Part shown: piece by piece, positions 38,101 through 50,887 of the stretch
Layout of the letters: each line of letters opens with the position of its first letter
Numbering within the stretch: position 1 is the first letter of the stretch
Assembly: GCA_040954595.2 (NCBI GenBank)
Contig: CM082594.2
Coordinates: 11,226,276 to 11,290,275 of the forward strand
DNA length: 64,000 nt
Reading direction: 5' to 3'
Source of the DNA: Balanoglossus misakiensis
Lineage: Eukaryota > Animalia > Hemichordata
Made by a program: the position numbers and the translations under genes
The notes under the pieces: generated by a model
The model's input: only the letters and a program-made list of their open reading frames with translations
Told to the model about the DNA's origin: nothing
Database searches by the model: none

Positions 38101-41100
38101 ACGCATGTTTCGTATAACCACACACTATTGCCGAGCTTAACCCAGTTGTTGGATTTCCTGACCTCGCTGTGCTGGTACGACGCAAACTTTCTTAAAATAA
38201 CCGATGTCAAATGGGCAATCTCTGCTGCTGACATGCAATCACAGACAAGCTCTCCCAACCACCACCTGGGACTCAGAACATGTGTCACATAATTATTGAA
38301 CTGACGTTCAGTGTGTGTTGAAACGTCGAAATTCATTAAGGTCATTGTATGTATAGGAAAATGTCTCAACGCTCATGCCTTGTAGGTCTTTTTATATTTT
38401 GCCGAGAGTAGGCAGCTGAGGTACACTGGGAAGAGGGTGGGGGAGGGGGTCACTGAACGAGAGGTGGGATTTTTGACAGAATTTGTTTGGGTCATGCGAA
38501 GATACAAGATTGTTGAAAACTTCGAGGGAATTGAATTTGCAGTTTTGAACCAATTATGGAGGCCTCGAAGTGTGTTCGGTGATAACTCAAGTCCAGGCGA
38601 GCTGAAGGCGGGAAAATAATCACCCGCCGAGCGAAAGTTCTCAAACACTTCATCAAGTATTGATCTGTCATTGATATTAGGTACTTACACGCAAAACGTA
38701 CAACATACACAGCAGTCTAATGCTTACATTAAGGGTCTACATGACGAATTACCGACTACATCAGCGATTAATACGTTTACAGTGGAGTACAGAGTAGTAC
38801 AAGTACACTTCATGTACATGTAGATGACAAATTAGACCAAGCCCTGTAGCAAGGTGTGTAAGTTGGTAAATCAAAATATTCTGCCATCGGGTAGGTTATC
38901 TTCTCTCAGAAAAGTCTCTGCCCTGTTATTATGTTTGAAAGATCTTCACAGTTGATTAGGTGGTTCAAAGGAAGTTAAAACGTTCAGAACAAAAGATCTT
39001 TTTACATGTATATCTTTCTCTGTATAGTAAATTTTAGAAAATTTATTACAGACTCAGTGTAACTGTGTTTTATTTTCCACTACTGACGTCAGCAGCAGAT
39101 TATTTCAATGGTAATTTTAACCAGAATCAGTTTGAAAACTGCCTGTTCTAAGTCAACTGCATAATATCCCACATGTACATGTGTACAACACATTTATAGT
39201 AATTGTGACTATTTATCAAGAATTCAGAGAAATGAACTGCAGACCAGTAAACGTCAGCAAAATACATTGAAAGGCGCCACCTATAGGCTTGGGTGAAACA
39301 AAGGATTATTAAGAATGTCCTCCTGTTGGCAGACTAACACTAAATTCGTATGTACGTAATCATTGAACAACAGACATCACAGATTATACAAGGCATAACA
39401 GTCTGCATTCGTGAGAAGGTGCATATGTAGCTATGGAAACGAGATAATGGGCGTGATATACTGTAAAACTGGACATTTTCGCGACAGAAAATGTTCGCAA
39501 TATCAAAAGAGGCAACTGTTACGCGAGATGTAAAATGAGGGTTGTTTCTCTCGGGAGATACCCCAAGTGGGCATTGTATAAGGACGATTGGCATGTCTGC
39601 AGAAATCCTTGCATTCACCTTTTCCTTTATCATCAAATAATAGCAAAGACTTCATCCTCTGACACAGCGCCCTCTTTGACGCTGGAGTACAAACACCCAC
39701 GCACTCTTTACTGACTTGCGAAACTTTAGTGACCACCTCAACAAAAAAGGACGCTGTACTCCCTTTTTGATTCACATTGAACCCTAGGATTAAAACATTC
39801 ACCACCTACGACATCCCACGAAATGTCATTGAAGTCCTGGCATGTACATGCAATTGTTTGAGTAATCCTTACTTAAATGGAATGACGTACATGTACATCA
39901 TTGTCGTCAACCATGTTTCTCAGACAGGCTATTAACATGTGAAAGTTCACTTTCTTTAACTATTTTCTCTTTGACCATCTGATGTACAGATGTCTAGCCA
40001 CGTCATGTTATCCAACATCTATGCATGCATTCAGATTTCAGGATCATTGTGCAACCATTGATGAAAATAAGTCATATGACGTAAAATCAAGCAATTGTTG
40101 GTGCTTATGTACCATCTATCTAAAGTGGAATTCGTGATCACCGGCTTTTGAGAGTCATTTGCGACATTTATGAGGACATACGCATAATCAGGAACCAGAT
40201 ATTCCACAATTGCATGATGTCTCAAAGCGGTTAGGGGTGGGTAATCCGTTAAAAGCCACTATAAAACATTAATTCATGGGGCAAAGGTGAAGATAAGCAG
40301 AACGAAACAGTACAGCAATGTTCGTTGCCCTTCTTTTTCAGGTTTTCTTCACCATGACCAATGAATCTGATTGTTTTGGTGCTTTGCTTTGCACTCAAGA
40401 AACTACAAATAAATTAGCCCCATTTCATATTCATAAAATGCAATTATCTGCCGCGAAAGAGGCCATGAAATTATTAAGTAAAGCTTTACAGTTTCTATTA
40501 CAATTTAACAGCTTATCCCTGCGGGAAATATGTTGTCTTAAATTTGTTGAAAGGGTGTTTTTTTCAATAATCTCATCGAATTCCATACCAGTTGCTTAAA
40601 AGAGTCTTTTAAATATATTTTTGTCTGGTTAGAAATTTTGTAGAGGTGGCAAAACAGATGCAAAAGTTTATTTGTTAGGCAGATTAAACTATGACAAATA
40701 GTAAACCCCTTGACGTATGACAGGTACACACATTTGCTTGCGCATCAATGAATATCTGAAAATACCTCAAGGATCTTCAAACATGACGTACATTGGCTTG
40801 TGTAACCGATTATGGTTAAGGCAGTATTGCTGTCAGACATCGTATCGACGTACGTATTAAATCTGTGTACAAAAACTTATGAATATGGCTTGCATTGAGC
40901 ATTTGGTCGGAATGGCAGTTTTGTTTGATATACTTTAATAAGTGATGGATACCGAAAACAATTAACTTATATTCATATTCATAAAAATGCAATTATCTGG
41001 CATGAAAACTAGGACGCTTTACGATAAGTAGTGCAATTAAAACGTTTATAGCCCGAAGAAGAAAATCTTTTCTCTTTATTTTGATGAAGGCCAGTTGTCT

Positions 41101-41328
41101 TTATGTGATCACATCATGGAACACAACTTTCTCTTTTGGATTATCTGTCTAGTAATTTCAAGGTGTACACGTACAACCCTGAAAAAGGACCATAAGGAAA
41201 TGAAGACGCAGCAAGATAGCTAATTGGGAATCACAAGGTCACTTAAGACAAATGTTAAGTATGATCTTACGCACCAGCTGAGTGTGTGTGACATGGCGTG
41301 ATGTTAGAAGAGGCGCTAAAAATAACGT

Positions 41329-41623
41329 TTATCATGTGGAACATGGGAATAGTGGGTTTGGTCAATGGCCGACAATGCGCAATGTTAATGATCGACATGC
41401 ACTCGTCGGCCCAGCAGAGCATGCATTGACCATCTGCCAACTTGAATGCAATGAAGTTCGTAGCAGCGACCTCAATCCAGTCCAAAACGTATCAGTAGCT
41501 ACTGAGGCATATATATTGATAAAAGGTGTATCATGTGAAAATACACGTGGGGATAGTGCACCTGGTCAATGGCTGACAACGCACAATGCCAGCACTCCCA
41601 AGAAAGCTTTGACCAACTGCCAA
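41329..41623. repeat. Diverged direct repeat, about 200-bp period, 2 copies
   Basis: tatcatgtg.aa...ggg.atagtg...tggtcaatggc.gacaa.gc.caatg...ttgacca.ctgccaa at about 41329-41440 and 41529-41623. Confidence 0.75.
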
Positions 41624-44537
41624 ATATAATGAAGGATGGGTACACATTTAGCCCCCCGCCTCTTATATAATTTCGTAGTCGCTGTCGATTCGTCTATACT
41701 AAATGATTAAACTTTTGACTGTTGTGGGTATGTTTATATCATTTTGATACTGAAATAGGTAAATGCGTATTCTATAACTTAATTTATGGGCAAAAAACTT
41801 AAGTTTACAGCCTCAGTTGAATTTTGATTTTACAATGACACCTAAAATTCAGAGCATGTACCAATCCCATCTATCGACAGTCCCAGTCAAATAGGCGTAA
41901 GTAGAATAATGGTGAACATTCTTTATCGTCAGCCCAACTTACTTAAATACTGCTGGACCACATCAACATCATTCATCAGTAGTTTTTTACACTTAGAGAT
42001 CATTTGCACAAACCACCAGACGGAGAAATGTGATGTGCTTTGTGACTGTGAAAGTTACGTGAACTCGAAAACAAAATGCTGATAAGGAAATTTATAAGTT
42101 CATGTCTTGCCAGCTGAGTGAGGTATTTATTATAAGAGAATTGTAAAAAAATCCATCACGTGCAGAATGTTGAGAAGTTCAGCTTGAAGCATCGAGATCA
42201 TGAGGACCTTCGTCTGATCAGGAAGCACTTAATGTTTCCACCTCAGTATGGATCAGGTGTTGTGTTACAACACGTACAGCGCATGAGCTAAACGACATCT
42301 CCACGTGCTCATGGTGATGTACAATGAAGTGGACTTCCAAAGTGTGAAACACTAGAATGCAAACGTGACCCCCTAAATCTCAAATTTTCAAAGTTCTCAT
42401 TGCTGGTCATATTCACAGAAAGATTCTGTCACATGTTAACAGCAAGGTTTGTGACAAATCAGACAGCATGTTGAACATTTCGTGCTGAAAGCGTTGGGTG
42501 AGGTCACGTGTTTTGACATGGTGATGGATCCCGTACCCATGTGACTGTGCATGTGAATTGACAGTGAGAATACCGCTGTTATTCTCGCACCTTCTATTTA
42601 GATATAATTGGCAGCCATTTTTTATCTTCGCGTCATTTTTGATCCCTGTTTTGAACAGCAATTGTTAATCGATTATACAAGCCAAATGATAAAATGACAA
42701 TCGTGTCTAAAACAGCAAGAACGTATGTCATCGTTATTACCACTTTTAGCAAAAAAAGTAAAATTACAACATCAATAAAAATAACATTATCAATTTGCTT
42801 GAAAAAGGATTTGCTAGAAAAAGGATCAACAAAACCTTCTATCAAACATTAAACATAGAGCACTTCTGAAATCAAGCGACAATACACTAAATGTTGTCCC
42901 CTTATACCTCCTGACTTTAATATTCGGTCAGAGAGTAGGCATCAGACGGCAAGAAAGAAAACCTTTCGCTAGCAGCGAAAAATACAAATTAAAGTTTTAG
43001 GTTGCCACAGGATACGGTGCAAACCAGAATTCTTTATTAGAGGGGATTTATGCCAAGATTTGTCATTTTATAAATCATAATCCTGACATTCAGAAGAAAT
43101 CCCTTTAAGTGGCGCAAATCCGAATGGCGGGATATAATTGCCCGTCAGGCATGGTAATTTAGAAAGCAAGCTGCCACGTTTCCTTGTATAGAATCAGCGT
43201 TATTTCTTTACAATTCCGGTAACAATGCACTTTATCGCAATATGAGAATTTAAGAAAAAAATTCCTATCTTATATTTTCTGTATAGTCTTGATGTGTGGA
43301 GAAATTAACGAGCACTTTACTGGTTCAGATTTCATACACTTTCTGGAGTAGTTCTGCGATTTTTGAGTGGTTATTTCCGATCGGGAAAGAGAGCGGGAAT
43401 ATTTACTTCCTGAACGAATTCCAGATTTCATATAAAAATAGTGTTTTACCATTAATGTATCACCATCTGTAACAAATCCAGTTAATAAAGTACCAAATGT
43501 CGGAAGAATTTCATTTCTTCCTCATATTCTGCTTTTTCATGTATTTCATTTGTAGCATTATATAAGACGGATTTTGTGGACATCAGTTGCGGCTCAGTTG
43601 TACTGTTCCACTTAGAAACGATTCTACAGCGAACACGGCACTTATCAATAGGAGGTAAAGGGTTTCTAATCCGTGGATATTGACATAATGACGTCATGTT
43701 TGCCTCCTTCAAGACCAAGATCACTATTGAGAGGTTGTATCCTTTTGAAAAACGTTCGATATGCCACACACTCCATTTTCTCTGGGAGTGAAAATTGGTT
43801 AAGTAACTCTCCTAAGGTCGAATGAATTAAGTGCACATTTTGTAAAAGCAATTCTTCCTGGGAAGTACAGTTCATTGTCTCGAAGTACATCTATATTCCA
43901 AAAAATTCACATTGAGAGTCCCAAAAATGTCTATTACACATCGCTAAATTGTGTATCTTTGCTGTGGTTGAAAAGAGCAGACCAGGCTGATTTGCGATAC
44001 ACTTTCTACTTTCAGAAAATACATATGGTAGGTAACACAAGCGTTTACCTATCTGTACTGTCACTATTTGGGTTTGCTTTGAAGCTAATAACTCGTGCTT
44101 AGGAACAAACAAGCGCAATAAATCGTGGGTCCATTACTTAATTAAAATAATAGCTCAGAGAATAAAGTGAAGGCTGCTACTCTCGCCCACATGTGGGATA
44201 ACGTACGTATTGTCTTATTAGAGCTGTCAAAATATCACTGAGTTTAGAGGGAGTCTACAAATGACGCAATATGACACAGTGGAGAACTCAGATGTTCCGC
44301 TCGCCCACACTATTCAGAATTGCGAAATTTCTCTGACAAGATCCACACAGAACAAAAAGATATCAGGAAATAAATCCCCCTTATTAAATCAATGTATCCT
44401 GGTAAAACATAGGAATAGTCAAAAACAGTAAAAGATATAAAGTTAATTAGTATAAATCACAATTCACACTTCCAGTGTGTCAAATTTACTTTTTATGTGA
44501 GATACAAGAATTTGAAATGATATACGTTTTTTTCCTG

Positions 44538-44541
44538 AGAG

Positions 44542-44592
<51 letters not shown>

Positions 44593-44604
44593 GGGGGTGG
44601 GGGT
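44538..44604. repeat. (GA)n microsatellite followed by a G-run
   Basis: More than 20 GA units, then ggtggggggggggtgggggtgg. Confidence 0.95.
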
Positions 44605-45102
44605 GGAGAAGAGATACAGACAGATGTTGAGTAAGTTGTTAATTAGCATTTGCACAATATGCTACAGTCTTGGTAATAACACTTCAACGACCAAAGAAGT
44701 TGTAGTTGGTGGATCCACGTGACTCTGGGCAGGACCCGCATCTAATTAACAGTCGTGGGATCCCACTGCTTACGACAGCAAATGTTGTTAGCGAATGAGG
44801 GAGAGGCACGAAGCTCTTATGCAGCACTCGGCATTAACAAAATACCCAGGAAGTTTACGGCTTAGCAGAAACAACTCCATTAAGTATCTCTACTTAAAGG
44901 CCTGAAACACCTGTGACCATTGAGACAGTTGTCATTTGGACTTGCGAGAGGGAACAGTACACGTATCGTGTGAGACGGAAAAGGAAGGAAACACAGGACT
45001 TAAAAAAAAGGACGTCTTGAGAAGATTACAAAATCGAAGTTCGTGTGAAAGAAGTGATAGTTTGGAAGACGGAATATCTTCCATTAAGTGACTTGGTTGA
45101 AG

Positions 45103-45115
45103 ATGGCTAAAACAG
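45103..45115 (+). CDS. Gene C coding exon 1 (MAKT plus 1 nt)
   Basis: GAAGATGG Kozak context; donor CAG|GTACGT at 45116; phase 1 matches the exon 2 frame (G+AC = Asp). Confidence 0.7.
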
Positions 45116-45317
45116 GTACGTACTTTAACAGGAATTTGACATTTTCGACGTTTCTCAAAACTTTGGCAAGGGCAGAACTTGCAATTAGCCTCCATGTAAA
45201 CGTCTTCACACATTTATACAAACCGGATACATATTTGCTATGTTCATGTAAAGACCAAATGTCATTTTAAAAATGTGGACACACTCCAATGTAATATTGT
45301 TCCATTTTCCCTGGCAG

Positions 45318-45566
45318 ACTGTCACCACATACTCCTGTTTATAGTGCTACAACTTATAATACTACATGCAGCTACGGCGTTTCTATACAGAAATCAAGTC
45401 ATACGACTGGGCAAGAAGTCCCCACCATACTCGTACCAACCAAAGAGCCCCTTTACTTTCTTCGACACCGATGGAGACGGACAATTATCACAAGACGAAT
45501 ATCAACGTGTCCCACAATTTAAACTCACGGCAATGTTAGATTCATTTCAGGATGCAGACCTAGACG
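45318..45566 (+). CDS. Gene C coding exon 2: signal peptide, candidate amidated decapeptide, EF-hand 1 and start of EF-hand 2
   Basis: Acceptor ccattttccctggcag|. Reads (D)CHHILLFIVLQLIILHAATA|FLYRNQVIRL-G-KK-SPPYSYQPKSPFTFF-DTDGDGQLSQDE-YQRVPQFKLTAMLDSFQDA-DLD(G). Donor G|GTATGT at 45567. Confidence 0.9.
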
Positions 45567-46194
45567 GTATGTGTTGTGTTTTTAATAATGATTTTCTTAC
45601 ACCATCTGGAAAAAAAACCCCAGCTCATTCTTATACCGGTACATTATATTGATATTTGAGGTCAGGGTATATAATTCATTTGCCTGCATGAAAAAAAGTT
45701 AAACTTGTTCATACTTTCTCTTAGAAGACAATCAATCAGTATGCGCATGTAGCTGCGGATACCAAAAGCACAAAGGAATATCTTGAAATATGTAACCAAC
45801 CCTGATCAATTTTGCCTGTTTGTAAATTTGATGGCACATCATTGTTCCACAGAATCATCGATCTTTTATTGATTTTCTGTACAGCTGCCTTATAGGTTAT
45901 TAAATCTGGTCTCTTCTATGCATCTCCGGAATAATCAATAGCAAGATTACTGTCACACTACAATGGGATATTAACATATGGCTTTAAAAGGTGCTCAGGT
46001 TGACAAAATTGATTCTCGAGGAAGCACTAGCGTTTAATCTTACGACAGCTATAACCCTGTATTAGATATTCTAAAGCAGAACCTTTGTTGAAAATTTTAT
46101 AGTACCTAATATACACCCACCATTTTTGAACCCACCTGTGTAGCCGAATGTGCCAGATTTCTCATTCTGAAAACTAAACATTCATAAGTTACTT

Positions 46195-46287
46195 TTAACC
46201 CTTTCAACCCCATTTCCCTGAATAGAGGACCGACTTCACCATAAAGAACAATGGGTTTGGACCAAACCATGGTGATGAAAGGGTTAA
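46195..46287. mobile_element. Short TTAA-flanked MITE (piggyBac-like termini), copy 1
   Basis: TTAA-CCCTTTCA...TGAAAGGG-TTAA terminal inverted repeats; homologous to the reverse complement of 50383-50472. Confidence 0.75.
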
Positions 46288-49200
46288 ATTGACATGATAG
46301 TAGGAAAGATTTATGTTTACATTCTGTCTTCATTGTGCTGACAATTTATTGTTCGGAATGACATGGCTTAAGACCCATTAGTAAAGATTTGCTGGGTAAG
46401 CGCTCTGACTCCTCGAAAGACACTTATAAGCGATAAATCACGGCATATTAACAAAATAATGGGGGTTCATTTGCAGAGAGAAGGATTCTGTGCTCTTTTC
46501 AATGATTTATGACTGTCCATTTTCATGTTTGTGGCAAAGGCATACCTACTCCACTTAAATCAAATCTTGATATTTCCACGACTTCAGAAATGGCACCCAT
46601 GGGAAGATGCAAGGCTGAACATTGAGACGCGATCATTTCAGTCTGAAAAGAACTTTCTGTAATTCGAATCGCTTCCTTCGTAAAGCATTAACTGTTTGAA
46701 CAATAAAGCAGCGCGGGGTAGGGCATGCCATGAGATTTTGACCACTTCAATACATGAACGCACGAGCGCTAGAAATGGTCAAAATTGGGAGGTCTACCGC
46801 TCTCTGGGTTGTTTTATTTGATGTTATATTTTACCAGTCTATTGAAACAGTGTATAAAGCACGTTTTCAAATAAATTTCGATAGTTTCCCAACTGATGTT
46901 CAAGCCCAGTTTTTGAGGCTTGAGAGCAAGGCAGTAAAGACGTCGGTGCTATGTTTTTTCCCTTCAAAATCTAGTCAACTACCACCGAGAAGTCATAATT
47001 ATATGCATACATAACTAATGAGCTGCTCTTACATTTAATAAACTAAACCGTTTGCGCGTACGAAATGTGATGACACAAGACACTGCATAAATGAAGTGCA
47101 AATTGAACAGATATCGTAAAATCGTAGGATTTGCCAGCTTTGTCTGAGCGGGTATGTCTCCGAATTTAATATCTGAGTTTCATTAATGTACAAATCGATT
47201 ACAAACAAAAAAGTTGAAAAATAAATGTTCTACACAGTGTCCAGACAAACAAGACAACTAAACGTTATTCACCATAAAACCTTCATGAGAGACGGTTGCC
47301 CTGCATGCAGTTTTAGAGTGCAGCAAAATGGGCATTTGTCATCAAATATAATTCCGCTAGGATGTGTGTGCATTTTCTCGGTGCCGACGATTAGGCGGAA
47401 AATAATCTTCGTGCGAAGAAACTGCTTTTAATAGATACTCGGTTTGACTTTTCCAAAACCCATAATGGCTAAAGACTCTCTCTCCAATATTTGAGGCTAT
47501 CCGTTCAGAACAAGACAATGGCACAACATAATAAATAAACAGGATAGGCTGTTTTTTGCGTTACTATTGGGAGGTAGCAACTCTGACCTTTGGCCTGAAT
47601 ACAAAAAGTAGCAATCTTTTGGATGGATCATAGTCACGCAAGGAAATGACTACGCGTCTTCGATAGGATGTGTTAGTACTGTGAAATGCATTGACATATT
47701 GACAGAAGGCAGGAAGAATACTGCCATCATTTTATCTTTTATGAAGACCATTGAAACATATCATAAACATAAGACATGAACGATAAAGATATCTATGAAA
47801 CGCATCATCAATTCCCTTCAAACGCTTCTCGACTTATATCATGGGTTTAGATGTGTTATTTTCATTGAGTAGTTCCCTAAATCATTAAAATTTGAATCAC
47901 ACAAGCCAACTGAAATAAATGTCAGGAATAGAACCACCACAAAACGATAGTTCAAAAAGGCATTACTTGGGATAAACGAGTTGTAAGCGACTTACAAAAC
48001 TTCATACCCATGCCTAAGCTTATAGATTCGTAACTCTTTCATAACCTCAACTATTGACAACCGCGACGTGTTAAGCGTGCCACCTCATATAACGCCAATG
48101 CTGTCGCTAAACCGTACATGAAGCAAACCCTCTCTGGTGAAATGCTTAAAATTCTGTCGATTTTTGCAGGCTACTTTGTGCTTATTTTTGTTTTGATCGC
48201 TTTAAAAGTCTTGTTGTCTGTGATAACAAAGTAATCACAGAGGCGTGAATTTACCATCTGGACACGAAAGGCTCTTTTAAAATGGCGTTAATGTTTCACA
48301 GATCACTGTAAATCATGAATAAGCATGCAGGGCTTGACGAGGTTAAACTTTGTCACTTTAAACTTTAACATGAGTCACGTGCAGTCAACATGGCTTACTT
48401 TGATATTTAGATAAATGAAATAAAGCAAATAATTGCACGTTGGCTGTTTTAGTTGCTTTTTGTATAATATACTGGACAACAATTGGTGAAAGCAATACAT
48501 ACAGGATAAATGTTCCATTCGTGAGTCCCAGTACGGCTAGCCTACCATCCAGAGCAACTCCATTAACAAACCACATTTCATATACAAATCTAACTTCTCC
48601 TCAAATCCCCAGGTGAACTGTGACTCCATGAATCACACATTACTTGTACACAAAATTTAACATTATGATTTACATGGTAACATACACTTATGGTTAACAG
48701 TCATATACCTTCCAGGAGAAACGTTAGTGCGTCATTAGAGAGCATGAATCAAATGACATCTTAGTTCTTTCGGCAGATCCGCAGGGATCTCTGTTTTTCC
48801 CTATCCTGTTTATTATAGACATAAACGATTCACCTATAAAACATACAACTATGTACCTGTCAGCTGACAATTCCAATTTCTCCAGACAAATTGAAGCTGA
48901 CTCTTCATGTTAGCAAATAAGGATGCTCAGAGTTAGGCACTGTTGCAAATTCCAGGAAATCAAACATGATCATCTAGTTCCTTTCATAGGTCTTGGAGAT
49001 CTGTACTAATCCATATCCTGCTGTTGAGTCAAAGAAGAATTCTGTTTCTGCCAGGCAAATTTTATGATAGTGACACATATAACAATATTTCTCTTAAGTG
49101 TATGTTCGAGCCCATAAGCTTGGGTAAGGGGGTATTCTGTCCTAAGTCCCAAAATAGGGCACGATAGTGTATAGTACGTTACACTGAACCTGTTACACCA

Positions 49201-50382
49201 AAACTATTATACAACTACTGACACCCTATTGTTTTATAATCACAGGCGAATATTGTAAAGTATGTCGCTGTGTACATTCTCTGTGGATTTTGTCTAATGA
49301 AAGCTATCGCTGTTAGCACTGACAGCTGCCTATCAACTTCAAAGTCAGATTATCCAGTCGGAATACAGCATACTTTCTTCTCCTTGTTTATCTTTAAAGG
49401 ATTGGTAGATACCTTACCCAGAAATGTGGATTGAAAACGAATTTCTAGGTTAAACCCATTTTCGACGGATAATGGCTAAAAAGAGATTGGATGGTACATC
49501 CCTACGATTTGTGCGTTTCCTCCATTTGTATCTTAGCTCAAATCCCATGTGAACCAAGGTCTCTGACATTTTCACCAAATTGCAGATATTGTGTTACTGC
49601 AGCAGTCAATAGTGAGTCCAATTTCACCATCCACTCTACATTGAAATATTTTATAATTGCTGTAGTAATCGTTTTATTTCGTTGCAAGTATACTGACCAT
49701 TTCCCAACTAAGCCATATAATGTACTGAATTTTCGTGTTCCAATAAACAGACCGCATAGTTGCCCCGACGGATTTTTTAGTTTTCACAGAAAGTGTTGTA
49801 GAACCATTAATAGACATCTTCCTGCTTGCCTCGTATTTTATTCAGTGCATTTGTCACATGCTTAGAAAGAGAATATCTCCTTGAAATGTATCGTCATGGT
49901 AACGAGTTAAAGCTCTCGAAGCTAGAATTGGCACATAAAATTGAGATGCCCTCTTCATTAATTAGCAAAGATGGGCAGATGTGTTTCTTTGTGAAACGTT
50001 TTATTATTCCTTTATAGCTTCATGCGAGTAAATCGTCGTGTCACGTTCTGCAGACTTTTTAAAGGAGTGTTAAACGGTCTAGAAGGAAGCCATTCACATA
50101 GCTCGCCTTGAGCGTCAACTTTGTAAAAACACAAGCGAGGAAGTGTGACAATATGCCAGTGTATTCCGCCAGTTATTATATTCACTTAGTTCACCCCTTC
50201 AATAAAGATTTACAATTACGTAATCTGAGCGCAGATTTTGTAGTTTCCAGTGTTAACATTTTATCACGTCTGTCTTTTGTGGTCAATTTGCAAGGCAGGA
50301 TGTTAAGATTTCAACTTAAACGGCGCATATGTACTAGGTGGGTATCATAATGAGAATTGAGCTCCAAGAAAAGCAGGAAACC

Positions 50383-50472
50383 TTAACTCTTTTACCACTA
50401 TGGTTCTTTCCAAACCCCTTGTTTTCTGTAAGCCTGGACATTTACACAGGGAACTGGGGATGAAAGGGTTAA
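50383..50472. mobile_element. Short TTAA-flanked MITE, copy 2 (opposite orientation)
   Basis: TTAA-CTCTTTTA...TGAAAGGG-TTAA; the internal atggtt...tccaaaccc.ttgtt...cagggaa.tgggg aligns with the reverse complement of copy 1. Confidence 0.75.
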
Positions 50473-50795
50473 CATAAGTCAATATTTAATATTAACCACA
50501 CTCTCTTGCCATCTCTTCTAATAAATACTGTTAAATATTCAAAGAGTCTTGCCACTTTCGCTAGTAATAAAGTAACACATAAGAGTGTCTTGTGTGAGGT
50601 TTAAAGGCACAGACTTAATATAACATAAGGTCTGAATATCGGGTTCTGCTACATTGTTATTTTAAAATTTACTAAAGTATGAAGCTTAACATAGATCACT
50701 GTTATATCATACTGGTATTTTCTGGTGATGTTTTAATAATTCTTACATGATTTTTAATTGAACGACTTTTTAACTTTGTTTCATTTCGATTACAG

Positions 50796-50887
50796 GTGAC
50801 GGACTTGTCAATACCTTGGAGTTCTTTTCAAAGATGGCCAAAGTTCGATACGCGGTGCAAGAGGACACGCAGAATATTTCCAGCTAG
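50796..50887 (+). CDS. Gene C coding exon 3: completes EF-hand 2
   Basis: Acceptor ctttgtttcatttcgattacag|. Phase 1 gives (G)DGLVNTLE-FFSKMAKVRYAVQEDTQNISS-stop, completing the loop DLDGDGLVNTLE. AATAAA at 50924-50929. Spliced CDS is 13+249+92=354 nt, 117 aa. Confidence 0.88.

Noticed and set aside
39340-39805. Overlapping ~100-aa Cys-containing minus-strand ORFs
   Set aside because: Non-ATG starts, no signal peptide and no known Cys framework; the length is compatible with chance.
41282-41629. 115-aa ORF with an internal GQW repeat
   Set aside because: Explained by a DNA-level direct repeat; GTG start and no splice support.
45275-45652. ORF-track version of the EF-hand protein (125 aa, unspliced)
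   Set aside because: Its ends are intronic; the spliced model restores an ATG and a complete second EF-hand loop.
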